From the NCBI GenBank assembly GCA_051313645.2, contig JBNRSN020000010.1:199020001-199084000 (forward strand): a stretch of DNA of 64,000 bases, read 5' to 3'. Made by a program: the position numbers and the translations under genes. Source of the stretch: Centroscyllium fabricii. Taxonomy: Eukaryota. The notes under the pieces were generated by a model. The model was not told the origin of the DNA. It was given only the letters and a program-made list of their open reading frames with translations, and did no database searches. Of the stretch, positions 34,682 through 46,904 are shown piece after piece; within the stretch, counting starts at the first letter, position 1, and each line of letters opens with the position of its first letter.

Positions 34682-35269
34682 AGGCCCTGTCACACCTAGA
34701 CGTTTTAGCCAGCGTATGCAAATTTGGCTAAAACGCTGAACTTTTGACTTTTTTTCAGTTTTGGGCATATAATAGCGTATTCATAACGTATGCATAACGT
34801 ATTAGTAACGTACACAGAACGTATCGATAACTTACAGATAACTTATACCAACGAATGCTTAGCGTGTTGTCGGCGTTCTCAACTTATGCCCAACGATAGT
34901 CTAACGTATGCATAGCGCGCGGCAGCGTATCGCCGACGTTTTAGATAAATGTTGATACGTTGGCATACGAAATCGTCAAGGTGTGACAGGGCATGACAGG
35001 GGCACAGGTAAGGTGTGTTCAACGATCGCCTAACGTGCCTACAGCGTATGGCCAGCGTATGCGGAACGTGTGCATCATACGCTAGATACGTCGAGATTTT
35101 TTGTGCATGGTCAAAAATTCTCGACTTACTCGAAGTACAACGACGTATGCAACGTATGCCCAGCGTTCTCGTAACGTATGCATAACGTACCCATAACGTA
35201 TCCGACGTAACCCAGCGTTTTAGCCAAATTTGCATACGCTGGCTAAAACGTCTAGGTGTGACAGGGCCT
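34682..35269. mobile_element. PIF/Harbinger-type MITE, inverted relative to 30475-31072
   Basis: Same TIR with a perfect TTA TSD. Confidence 0.9.
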
Positions 35270-35687
35270 TTACCAGCGTTTTGTACAGCTCCATCATAAC
35301 CTCCCTGCTCTTATTTTCTATGCCTCGGCTAATGAAGGCAAGTATCCCATATGCCTTTTTAACCACCTTATCCACCTGTCCTGCTGCCTTCCGGACTCAA
35401 TATCGAGTTCAACAATTTCAGATCATAACCTCAGACCCTATTACATTTTTACATATATTTGTTATTCACACCTTTGATTTATGCACTTCCCCCCTTTTTT
35501 CTCTCCCTCATTCTGTCAACGCATTTCACACCTAAACTAGAGCCGTCTTCTGTCTCCTCTAGTCCTATCACCATCTCGTCTCATTTTGAACACCTCGCAA
35601 TGTCTCTTCGCTTCTATTTTGTTCTTTCAGCCCCATTTCCCAGCCCCCGAACTGGCCTTTTAATCTGTTTCATTTCCTGTGTTTCTT

Positions 35688-35724
35688 CAGTCCTGACGAA
35701 GGGTTTTGACCTGAAACGTTAACT
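35688..35724 (+). ncRNA. Minimal hammerhead ribozyme motif, second PLE family
   Basis: CAGTC-CTGACGA-A-GGGT tttg ACCT-GAAA-CG-TT-AACT. Intact core, with a C.A mismatch at the base of stem I. Confidence 0.6.
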
Positions 35725-35889
35725 CTGTTTCTCTCTCCACTGATGTTGCCCGGGCCTGCTGAGTTTCTCCAGCGTTTTCTGTTGTTGTTTCGGATTTCCA
35801 GCATCCGCAGTATTTTGCTATCACACAAACAGGAAGGTCTTGGGTTCAACCCCTGTTCTGTGAGCTGATTTTAGCCAGGACCTCGGTCC

Positions 35890-36232
35890 CTGTAACCTCC
35901 TCCAGCCCTACAACGCTCCGACATCTCTGCGCTCCTCCAATTCTGCTCCTTTGCACATCCCTGATTTTAGTCGCTCCACCATTGGCGGCCGTGCCTTCAG
36001 CTGCTGAGAGCCTAAGCTCTGAAATTCCCTCCCCAAACCTCTCCGCCACCGCCACCCCCCGCCCCCCCCCCCCCCCCCACCACCTCTCTCCTCCTTTAAG
36101 ACACTCCTTAAAACCTACCTGTCCTAATATCCTCTAATGAGGCTCGGTGTCATATTTTGTCTGATAATCGTTCCTGTGAAGCTCCTTGCGACGTTTTACT
36201 ATGTTAAAGGTGCTATATAAATGCAAGTTGTT
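35890..36232 (+). mobile_element. L2-type LINE 3' end
   Basis: ctccattggcggccgtgccttcagc-like sequence through ggtgctatataaatgcaagttgttg. Confidence 0.65.
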
Positions 36233-36939
36233 GGATGCTGGAGAGGCAGAGAGTGAAGGTTGAACAGCGGCAGGTTATCTAGGTCCGGGGACAGAGGCTA
36301 TGGACAAATCTGTAATTCAAATCTTCTTATTTTTGAAAGAGAAAAGATTTTTTTTTCTCTGCTTATTATTTTAGTTAATAAATATATATTGGCAGATCTA
36401 CTGTGGCATTGCTCATATGAAACATTGTATCATGAGGACCATATGAAACCATGTCATGCAGCATGTATTATTACATAGGAATACGCAGTATCTACTTGTT
36501 GTTAAGTAAGCACTGGGTGAAGTCAGAGTTTAACTTCTTCAGCTGACAGTTCTGATGTATTGTCTCCTTTTTTTCCTTTTGAAGCGTAATTAAAGCTTGT
36601 GGATATTGTCATCAATCTAAGATAGTCACTAATCAATCCAATAAGAGAATTCAGAAGCAACCTCTTTACCCAGAGAGTGGTGAGAATGTGGAACTCTCTG
36701 CCACAGCGAGTGGTTGAGGCGAATCGCAGAGATGCATTTAAGGGGAATCCGGATAAGTGCCTGAGGGAGAAAGGAGTAAACATAGAAACATAGAAGATAG
36801 GAGCAGGAGTAGGCCATTCAGCCCTTCGAGCCTGCTCTGCCATTCAACGAGATCATGGCTGATCATCCAAACCCAGCACCCTTTCCTTGCCTTGTCCCCA
36901 TATCCCTCGATCCCTATTGAGCCTGCACCGATACATATC

Positions 36940-37991
36940 GGGGACAGAGACTTCATCAAGTCTGAGGTGAAGCGGCTCCTGAAGGAGGGGGTCATCAAGG
37001 CCAGTAATAGCCCATGGAGGGCACAGGTAGTGGTTGTGAAGACCGGAGCCAAACACCGGATGGTCGTGGACTACAGTCAGACCATTAACCGGTTTACGCA
37101 ACTAGATGCGTATTCCCTCCCCCGCATAGCGGATATGGTGAACCAGATCGCTCAGTATCGGGTCTTCAGACCATCGATCTGAAGTCTGCGTACCACCAGC
37201 TCCCCATCCGCTCAGAGGACTGCCACTATACTGCCTTCGAGGCAGACGGCCGCCTCTATCACTTCCTCAGGGTTCCGTTTGGTGTCACCAACGGGGTCTA
37301 TGTCTTCCAAAGAGAGATGGACCGAATGGTTGATCAGTACGGACTGCGAGCCACCTTTCCGTATCTTGATAATGTGACCATCTACGGCCACGACCAGCAG
37401 GACCACGACACCAACCTCCAGAAATTTCTCCACACCGCCAAAAATCTGAACCTGACCTATAACACGGAAAAATGTGTGTTCAGGACAACCCGCCTCGCCA
37501 TCCTCGGCAGTGTTGTGGAGAATGGGGTCATCGGTCCCGACCCGGACCGCATGCGCCCCCTCCTGGAGCTCCCCTTCCCCCACTCCCTCAAGGCCCTGAA
37601 AAGGTGCCTGGGGTTATTTTCTTATTATGCCCAGTGGGTCCCTAATTATGCGGACAAAGCCCGCCCACCACTCAAATCAACCTCCTTTCCCCTGTCGGCA
37701 GAGGCCCGCACGGCCTTCTGCGGCATAAAACAAGACATTGCAAAGGCCGTGATGCACGCTGTGGATGAGGCCGTCCCGTACCAGGTAGCGAGCGATGCGT
37801 CCGACTTTGCCCTGGCCGCCACCCTTAACCAGGCAGGCAGACCCGTGGCCTTCTTCTCGCGCACCCTCCAGGGCCCCGAGACCCGACACTCTTCCATGGA
37901 GATGGAGGCCCAGGCCATTGTTGAAGCAATGCGACACTGGAAGCACTACCTGGCCGGCAAACGATTTACCCTGCTGACTGACCAACGCTGA
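36940..37991 (+). pseudogene. Gypsy/Ty3 pol fragment (RT plus RNase H) with a frameshift near 37170
   Basis: SPWRAQVVVV..RMVVDY..IDLKSAYHQ..TAF..VPFGVTNG..YLDN..DASDFAL..RPVAFFSRTL..FTLLTDQ. Confidence 0.92.
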
Positions 37992-39341
37992 TCGGTCCCG
38001 ACCCGGACCGCATGCGCCCCCTCCTGGAGCTCCCCTTCCCCCACTCCCTCAAGGCCCTACAGGGATAGGGTGGGATATGTGTCGATGCAGGCTCGATAGG
38101 AATCGAGGGATATGGGGAGAGGGCAGGGGCAGGGGCAGGGGCGGGGTGCTGGGTTTGGATGATCAGCCATGATCTCATTGAATGGCGGAGCAGGCTCGAA
38201 GGGCCGAATGGCCTACTCCTGCTCCTAGTTTCTATGTTTCTATGTTTCTGTATCCCACCCAATCCCCGTAACCCCACATATTCAATCCCCCTAACACTAA
38301 GGGTCAATTTATCCTGGCCAATCAACCTAACCCGCACATCTTTGGAGTAGAAGGATTTGCTGATGGGGTGAGATGATGTAAGGGTGGGAGGAGGCCCGTG
38401 TGGAGCACAACCACCGGCACGGACCAGTTGGGCCGAATGGCCTGTATCTGTGCTGTGCATTCTATGTAATGTAATGTTGTGGTTGCTTTGTCAAATGCCT
38501 GCCTTTGTTCCTTTTATAATCACGCAAAACTATGACGCAGATGTCTGACAAGCAGGAGATACACACTAGATTTACTGGTGCGGGTCTTCCTGGTTCTGTA
38601 TGCACAAATATCCACCCATTAAGATGAAATACGGAAGCGGTTATTTCCACAGCCGCTGTTGTAATATTATACAAGAACCTGCCTCTGCAAACAAAAGGAA
38701 GCCTCAAAAACTGTCTCTGAAAGCAAAAAGGCCCCATATTGTACACAACCACCCCCCCCCCCCCGCCCCACCGCCCCTGCTGTAAAGCAGCATAAAATAT
38801 GCTGCGCGGCCCATTCACAGTTTCCCACATGCGCTAAACTTAACATTGGAAAAGTCAACCCTCCAATATTGCCCTGGAGCCTCCAGGAATTAAAAACACA
38901 AATCCACTGCTGGGAGCCAAGCAGGAGAAAATCCACAGTTTTAATATGAGGATTTCGCGATCACACTGAGAGGGATGGGACAGCCCCTACTCCAGAGCAT
39001 TCTGTTGCTAGCCCAGCGAGAGAAAGCAAAAAAAAAAGACGTTTGCAAATCCCACAGCCAAACCGGGCCAGAGGAAGAAAGAAAAGGAAGTTTGGAGGGA
39101 AGAGGGGAATGAAAAAGACCATGAGGTAGAAATTGGCCATGGGCGGTGACATGAATCTTGTCATTCACGTGGAAATGACTTATTAAATATTACTGGGCGG
39201 CCTGCTGGTGGCACTGCCCAGGGAGAGTATAAATACTCGGGCATGGGCCCAGCTTGCTTACGACATTCTTTAACAGGAACCAGTGAAGGGCAGAACTAGA
39301 TCTCCATGTTGAAAAACAGTTGAGTGAAGCCTTGTTTAATA

Positions 39342-39731
39342 CAGGTCCGACACCGTTAATCTGGACACCGGCAGTCCGGAAACTTCAGTCGTCCGGAACG
39401 AATCCGGCTGACTGGTCTGCGCATGCGCAAAATGGCCGCGCATGCCCGGGCTTCTCCCCGACTGCCCTGTGCATGCGCAAAATGGCCACAGTGCTTGGCT
39501 GCGCATGCACAAAATGGCCACCGCGCTTGGCTGCGCATGCCTGGGCCTCTCCCCGAACGATTGATGCTTCGCCGAGCGCATGCGCAGACCATTCAAAATG
39601 GCCACCGGCCTTCGTGGCGGCCCTTTAGAATGGGCTGCGCATGCGCTCGCCAAAGCTTCAATCGTTCACATTTTTCACTAGTACGGAACCAGCCTGGTCC
39701 CGTCGGTTCCGGATTAACAGTGTCGGACCTG
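39342..39731. mobile_element. MITE with NRF1/YY1-like repeats, inserted in the LTR-like repeat
   Basis: TIRs CAGGTCCGACACCGTTAATC / GATTAACAGTGTCGGACCTG with TA on the left. The empty site is visible in the copy at 540-560. Confidence 0.85.
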
Positions 39732-39938
39732 TGCTTAGACCAAGTGCCTAGTAGTTTTCTTACATCAGGCGGTATCACATTGACCACCTGTCACACGCCT
39801 CACTTGAGATTCAGCCCTGTTGAAGTAAACGGAACTGAATATTGGGCTGGAAAGGTTAACAAGGGGACAATTCGAGACCACCCATCTTGCACTACCGCCC
39901 AATTCCTGCAGGCATATTTATCGTCACCTTAGTCAAGA

Positions 39939-41774
39939 ATGAGAAAGCAGAGTACAGCAGGGGCGGGAAGGGAGTACAAAGAAGCAAGGAAAAAACTGAA
40001 GAATGGGCTAAGGAAGGCAAAGGGAGGGCATGAGAAGGCATTAGCGGGAAGGATAAAGGAGAACCCTAAGGCTTTCTATGCTTACGTACGAAATAAAAGG
40101 ATGACTAAGATAAGAGTAGGGCCGATCAAAGACGGCAAGGGAGAAATGTGCACGGAGTCAGAGGAAATTGGGGAAGCACTAAATGAATATTTTGCGTCCG
40201 TGTTCACAAGGGAGAGGGAACTAAAAGTAGAGGAGGAGTTCAAGATACAAGGGGAAAGGATGGGGGAAGTAAATATTCAGAGGGGGGAGGTATTAGATAT
40301 TCTGGAGAAACTGAAGGTAGACAAATCTCCTGGGCCGGACGGGATATATCCAAGGATTCTCTGGGAAGCGAGGAATGAAATCGCAGAGCCACTGACCTCT
40401 ATCTTTAGTTCCTCGCTATCCTCGGGGATAGTCCCTGAGGACTGGAGAGAGGCGAATGTGGTTCCCATATTTAAAAAGGGGAGCAGGGACGTGCCAGGGA
40501 ACTACAGACCAGTCAGCCTTACCTCGGTGGTCAGAAAGGTGATGGAAAGGGTCCTGAGGGACAGGATCTACGACCATCTAGAAAGGGGCAAATTAATCAG
40601 GAGCAGTCAGCATGGATTCGTTAAGGGCAAATCGTGCCTGACCAACCTGATAGAATTCTTTGAAGAGGTGACCAAGTGTGTGGACGAGGGAAAGGCGGTT
40701 GATGTCATATATATGGACTTCAGCAAGGCGTTCGACAAGGTCCCGCACGGTCGACTCATGAAGAAAGTAAGGAGTTGCGGGGTAAACAACGAAGTGGTGG
40801 GATGGATTGAGAACTGGCTGGCTCAGAGGAAGCAGAGGGTAGTGGTAGAGGGCCAATACTCGGGTTGGAGACCGGTCACCAGTGGGGTACCACAGGGGTC
40901 GGTGTTGGGGCCACTGCTATTTGTAATCTTTATCAATGACTTGGAGGAGGGGACTGAGGGGTGGGTCAGCAAATTTGCGGATGACACAAAGATTGGGGGA
41001 GTAGTGGATGAGGAGGAAGGAAGTAGAAAGATTCAGAGGGATATAGATAGGATGCAGAGCTGGGCTGAAGAATGGCAAATGGAGTTCAACACGGGGAAAT
41101 GCGAGGTGATGCACTTCGGTAGGGCAAATAGGAAGAGGGAATATAGGGTCAATGGCAGGGTCCTGAGTGAAGCAGAGGAGCAAAGGGACCTGGGAGTATA
41201 TGTACACAGATCATTGAAGGCTGCCACCCAGGTGGACAAGGCAGTAAAAAAGGCCTTTGGTGTATTGGCCTTCATCAACAGGGGAATAGAGTTTAAGAAC
41301 CGGGAGGTCATGCTGTACAGGTCACTGGTGAGACCACACTTGGAGTACTGTGTGCAGTTCTGGGCACCGTACTACAGGAGAGATGTGGAGGCGCTGGAGA
41401 GGGTGCAGAGGAGACTCACCAGGATGCTGCCGGGAATGGGGGGAAAGTCGTACGAGGAGAGGCTGAGGGAGCTGGGACTCTTCTCCCTGGAACGGAGAAG
41501 GAAGAGGGGGGACTTAATAGAGATGTTTAAAATGATGAAGGGGATCGATAGAGTAAACGTGCAGAAACTGTTTCCCCGGGTGGGAAGAACGACAACAAGA
41601 GGGCACGAGCACAAGATTCAAGGAGGAAGATTCAGAAGGGATGGCAGGGGCAAGTTCTTTACGCAGAGAGTGGTCGGGGAATGGAACAGGCTACCATCTG
41701 AAATAGTGGATGCGGACAGTCTGGGTGCTTTTAAAAGGATGATAGATAGGTACATGGAGGGGAAGGAGGAGTAG
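39939..41774 (+). mobile_element. Young 5'-truncated CR1 LINE with a 611-aa open ORF2 fragment (RT, no endonuclease); tail to ~41866
   Basis: [39 protein letters not shown] and KFADD; (ttctatg)n tail. Confidence 0.95.
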
Positions 41775-41895
41775 GGGGTACAGGAAAAAATCAGAGACGG
41801 ACTAAGCGCGGCACTACATTGAGGGCCCAAGGGCCTGTACAGTGCTGTATGTTCTATGTTCTATATAACTGCACCTTAAAATGCATTCCAGTGCA

Positions 41896-42535
41896 CATAG
41901 AAACATAGAAACATAGAAGATAGGAGCAGGAGTAGGCCATTCGGCCCCTCGAGCCTGCTCCGCCATTCGATGAGATCATGGCTGATCATCCAAATTCAGT
42001 ACCCTGTCCTTGCTTTCTCCCCATGTCCCTTGATCCCTTTAGCCTTAAGAAATATATCTAACTCCTTCTTGAATATATTTAATGAATTGACCTCAACTAC
42101 ATTCTGTGGTAGAGAATTCCACAGGTTCACCACTCTCTGGGTGAAGAAATTCTTCCTCATCTCTGTCCTAAATGGCTTACCCCTTATCCTTAGACTGTGA
42201 CCCCTGGTTCTGGACTCCCCGATGAACGGGAACATCCTTCCTGCATCTAGTCTGTCCAGTCCTGTTAGAATTTTATAGGTTTCGATGAGATCCCCTCTCA
42301 CTCTTCTAAACTCCAGCAAGTATAAACCCAATCGACCCAATCTCTCCTGATTCGTCATTCCTGCCATCCCAGGCATCAGTTTGGTGAATCTTCGCTGCAC
42401 TCTCTCCATGGCAAGAACATCCTTCCTCAGATAAGGTGACCAAAACTGCACACAATACTCAAGATGTGGTCTCACCAAGGCCCTGTACAACTGCAGCAAG
42501 ACATCCTTGCTCAGATAAGGCGACCAAAACTGCAC
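41896..42535 (-). mobile_element. 5'-truncated CR1
   Basis: ORF 41996-42535, RT C-terminus. Confidence 0.9.
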
Positions 42536-43077
42536 CTACATACGCTTAAATACGCAGGTGTTTTGTGAAAGGACTTGAGCCCGTATTGAGAACTGCAATG
42601 AGCTCTCGGGGCTGGAATGGTTAAGCGCAGAGAATGAAACATCTGGAGGGAAGCTGCTGAATGCACCAACGGCTTATGTCATCCAGAATTTAAGATGATG
42701 AAGTAAATGTTGGCGATAGCTGTGCTACATTTAAAGATCAATTATCCTCTGACTAACAGGCTATAATTGTGACTCTGCATAGAAGAAAAGACTGTGATTA
42801 GCAAGAGAAAAAGAATTTTGAGATTATATGGACCATTTACTAGAATTGAGTAGAATGGTACCAGGAATGAGGGACTTCAATTATGTGGAGAGACTGGAGA
42901 AGCTGGGATTGTTCGCCATAGAAAGAAGGACTTGCATTTCTGTAGCGCCTTTCAGGACAACCCGACATCCCAAAGCGCTTTACAGCCAATAAAGTACTTC
43001 TGAAATGTAGTCGCTGTTGTAATGTTGGGAAACAAAGCAGCCAATTTGCGCACAGCAAGCTCCCACAAACAACAAAT

Positions 43078-43823
43078 GGCCCAGAAATTCGGGTCGGAGG
43101 CTGCCCGCGAGTGCAAGCCTCCAACCCACACTTACGGACCGCGCCGGCCGTTCACCACTGCGCCCGCATGAAAGCCCGATGTTGGGCTCTCCTGAACTGC
43201 CGGCGCGCTGTGCTCCTGGATTTGAGCGGCGTAGTTAGTGCGAGATATCGCGCGGGATCACGTGGTCCCCGGAGAGCCAATCAGAGCACAGAATGCTCCA
43301 TTCATAAGTTTGACAGGAAGACCTGTCAAACTTCGGAATACTACAAGCTCCAAAACATCAGTAAATCTTCAAATAAATTTACAAAAAAAAATCACATTTT
43401 TAAAAATAACGATCAATTACCCAAATTAGCTATTTTAAACAAAAATTCAAAATTTTGAAAAAAATAATTGAATTATTTAACAGGGCTAAAAATCAACTTA
43501 CCTTTCTTTAAAGTATTTAAAAATGAAAAACCTGTGGAAAAAATGTTTTAAATTGAATTAAATCACCACTTACCTGCTGAAAACCAGTCTTTCCGCTTGA
43601 AAAAAAGCAGACGTATCTTTTTCTAATACTTACCCGGGTAAAAAGCTGCAAGAAATTCGGAAGTCCATTGCGCACCCGCTGCCGCGCACGCGTTCCGACC
43701 CCTGGCCCTTTCAGGGGATCGGAAGTGCCGGTTTCGCGTGCATGCCGGAAACCGGTAATTCCGATGGGCCCACGCGTGAGTACCCAGCGCGTACTCACGC
43801 ATTGGGACCCTAATTTGTGGCCC
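43078..43823. mobile_element. Family X MITE (Harbinger-like), complete copy inside a DeuSINE
   Basis: TIRs ggcccagaaattcgggtc / gaccctaatttgtggccc. TSD AAT. Confidence 0.82.
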
Positions 43824-44142
43824 AATGTGATTATGACCAGATAATCTGTTTTTAGTGATGTTGGTCAAGGGATAAATATTGGCCCCAGGTCACCGGGGAC
43901 ACCTCACCTGCTCTTCTTCGAAAAAGTGCCATGGGATCTTTTACGTCCACCCGAGAGGGTAGACGGGGGCCTCTCCATCTGGAGACGTAGTTCTACAGAG
44001 CGGAGAAAATTAAGGGGAGATGTAAAAGAGGTGTTCAAAACTATAAGGGGTTTTGATAGATTAGATAGGGAAGAAACTGTTTCCACTGGCAGGAGGGTCG
44101 GTAACCAGAGGACTTAGATTTAAGAAGATCGACAAAAGTAAC

Positions 44143-44386
44143 TAATAATAATTCAATAACTATTGTCATTATACAATGTACAAGTACATGAACAACGAAA
44201 TGTGATCTTGCAAGCTCCCAAGAATCCAGCAAAGCCGCTGCGTCTGTGCGCGCCGCCATTCCATCATTCCGACAATCTTCAGCCAACCGCCCCTCCCCGG
44301 GGCTCCTTTCGTGACCTTCTGCACCTGGTATTCCCTGGTGGTCACCCATCCAAGTACTAACCAGGCCTGGCTCTGCTTAGCTTCCA
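44143..44386 (-). mobile_element. Second 5S-headed SINE with a different body and tail
   Basis: ggaagctaagcagagccaggcctggttagtacttggatgggtgaccaccagggaataccaggtgc, then tail atttcgttgt...aatgacaata. Interrupts a CR1. Confidence 0.75.
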
Positions 44387-44994
44387 AGCCTTGCCAGTGA
44401 CCCTGTCCCTAGTCCCAGGAACAGGAACAGACCAAAGGGAAGATGAGATTTATTTTTCCGCAGCGAGTTGTTACGATCTGGAATGCACTGCCTGAAAGGG
44501 TTGAGGAAGTAACGTACAAAAGGGAATTGGACATATAAAGAAAAAAGTTGCATTTATATAGCGCTTATCACAACCTCAGGATGTCCAAAGTGCTGTACAG
44601 CCAATGAAGTACTTTTGAAGTGTAGTCACTGTTGTAATGTGGGAAACGCAGCAGCCAACATGCGCACAGCAAGCTCCCACAAACAGCGAGGTGATAATGA
44701 CCAGATAGTCTGTTTTTAGGTGTTAGTTGAGGGCTAAATATTGGAAAATAGTGCCATGGGATCTTTCACATCCGTCCGAGAGGGCAGACGGGGCCGCAAT
44801 TTAAAAATCTAATCTGAAAGACGGCACCTCCGACAGTGCAACGGAGGCTCCCTCAGTACTGCACTGGACTGTCAGCCTGAATTATGTGATGAAGCCTCTG
44901 GAGTGGGACTTGTAGGCACAAGAACTACCCACTGAGCCACAACACATAGGCTGTGTTTAAATGAATCTCTTTTACATACACCTGAGGAAGGAGC

Positions 44995-46135
44995 ATAAGA
45001 AATAGGAGCAGGAGTCGGCCAATCGGCCCCTCGAGCCTGCTCCGCCATTCAACAAGATCATGGCTGATCTGATCCTAACCTCAATTTTATTTTAACTCTC
45101 CACCCCGCCCAAACCCATGTGATCACCCGGGAGAGGCGAAAAACCAGATATAAAAAACCCAGTAGCCAATTTGGGAGAAAAAATCTGGGAAATTCCTCTC
45201 CGACCCATCTAGGCGATCGAAAACTGGTCCAGGAGATGACATGGCCGATCTGAACCTATCCTCACGTCCACTTACCTGCCCGCTCACCATAACCCCTAAT
45301 TCCCTTTACTTCCAGGAAACTGTCTATCTCTTTTTTTAAATTATTCAAAGTAGTAGCTTCCACAGCTCTCTGGGGCAGCAAATTCCACAGCCCCACCACC
45401 CTCTGAGTGAAGAAATTCCTCCTCATCTCTGTCCTAAATGAGTCACCCCTTATCCTTAGACTATGGCCCCTGGTTCTGGACTCTCCTACCATCGGGAACA
45501 TTCTTCCTGCATCAAGTCTGTCCAGACCAGTTAGAATTTTATACGTTTCGATGAGATCCCCTCTCAATCTTCTAAACTCCAGAGAGTACAAACCCAGTCT
45601 ACCCAGTCTCTCCCCATATGTCAATCCTGCCATCCCAGGTATCAGCCTGGTGAATCTCCTCTGCACTCCCTCCATGGCAAGAACGTCCTTCCTTAGATAA
45701 GGAGACCAAAACTGCACACAGTACTCAAGGCTTGGTCTCACCAAGGCCCTGTACAACTGCAGCAAGACCTCCCTATTCCTGTACTCAAAACCTCTCGCTA
45801 TGAAGGCCAACATACCATTTGCCTTCTTAACCGCCTGCTGCACCTGCATGCTCACACCTAGCGACCGGTGCACCAGGACACCCAGGTCTCGTTGTACTTC
45901 CCTTTCTCCCAATCTATTGCCATTCAGATAATAGTCGGCATTTCTATTTTTTCCCCCAAAGTGGATAACCTCGCATTTATCCACATTATACTGCATCTGC
46001 CATGTCTCGGCCCACTCGCCCAACCTGTCCAAATCATCCTGGAGCATCCTGGTATCCTTCTCGCAGCACACACGCCCTCCCAGCTTTGTGTCATCTGCAA
46101 ACTTGGAGACATTACATTTAGTTCCCTTTTCTAAA
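44995..46135 (-). mobile_element. 5'-truncated CR1 with long structured 3'UTR
   Basis: 269-aa open ORF2 C-terminus (45262-46071). Confidence 0.92.
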
Positions 46136-46245
46136 TCTTCTTACAACATATAGGTGCGATGTGGAGGTGCCGGTGTTGGACTGGGGTGGACAAATGCCAG
46201 AAGTCACACAAACACCAGGTTATAGTCCAACAGTTTTATTTGAAA

Positions 46246-46282
46246 TCACAAGCTTTCGGAGCGCTGCTCCTTCCTCAGGTGA
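46246..46282 (-). ncRNA. Minimal hammerhead ribozyme in PLE pLTR (46158-46290)
   Basis: TCAC-CTGAGGA-A-GGAGC agc GCTCC-GAAA-GC-TT-GTGA. Confidence 0.75.
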
Positions 46283-46904
46283 AAGAGAAGTTGATTTAAA
46301 GACAGCACATATACAAGGGCGAGAGCAATCTAATCTCTCCCACATCACACTTCAGTAGACAGACACACAGAGCAGACAAAGGTGTTTTAACGTATTTTAA
46401 CATATTAATCAGGCACCAGTCTGAGATCAATGCGGTACAGTCACAAAGGGTCAAATGTTGCAGCCTTGTGTCTGTGTGATAACACACAGAATGATTTAAA
46501 AAATATAGGTCAGCATTGGTGTATGCAGTTGGGAGTTTGGCCCCCGACAAAAAGTTAGTGCATAATACTGTACTAGAAGTTGCTGTTTCTTTAGCATGCA
46601 ATACCCCATGGTATTGTTGACTTCCAGTCTTTGGAAGGCACTTGCCAATTTTGAGGGTTTAGTGCCTTGTCTCCGACTCTTGAGCCATTGCAAATTTAAG
46701 ACTGTTGAGACTCTGAAGCTTACTGTTCCTGACAGGAGAATGGCTATTGAGTTCCATTGGAGTTCACATGCACTGCTTGCACAAGGGATAGCTGGCTCTT
46801 ACTAGCTATTGACGATGCTTTGTCTTGCTCCATCCCGACTGTGCAATCAGGGCCAGCCTCGGGGGGAAATGGCGCCCTGGGCGAACTTAGATCTTGGCGA
46901 CACA

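Larger units (their letters stand above)
34087..35822 (+). mobile_element. Penelope-like 3' end (GIY-YIG C-terminus plus pLTR) split by a CR1 (34121-35385, -)
   Basis: EEQHLIFRFGTL | PSGLNIEFNNFRS* across the CR1, then the pLTR with a hammerhead. Confidence 0.75.

Noticed and set aside
39939-41774. Domesticated RT gene
   Set aside because: 5'-truncated, carries a CR1 tail and has a near-identical sibling in the window; it is simply a young insertion.
46480-46900. Additional hAT remnant (ELQWNSIA-like peptide, CAGGGCC end)
   Set aside because: Too short and degenerate to call.
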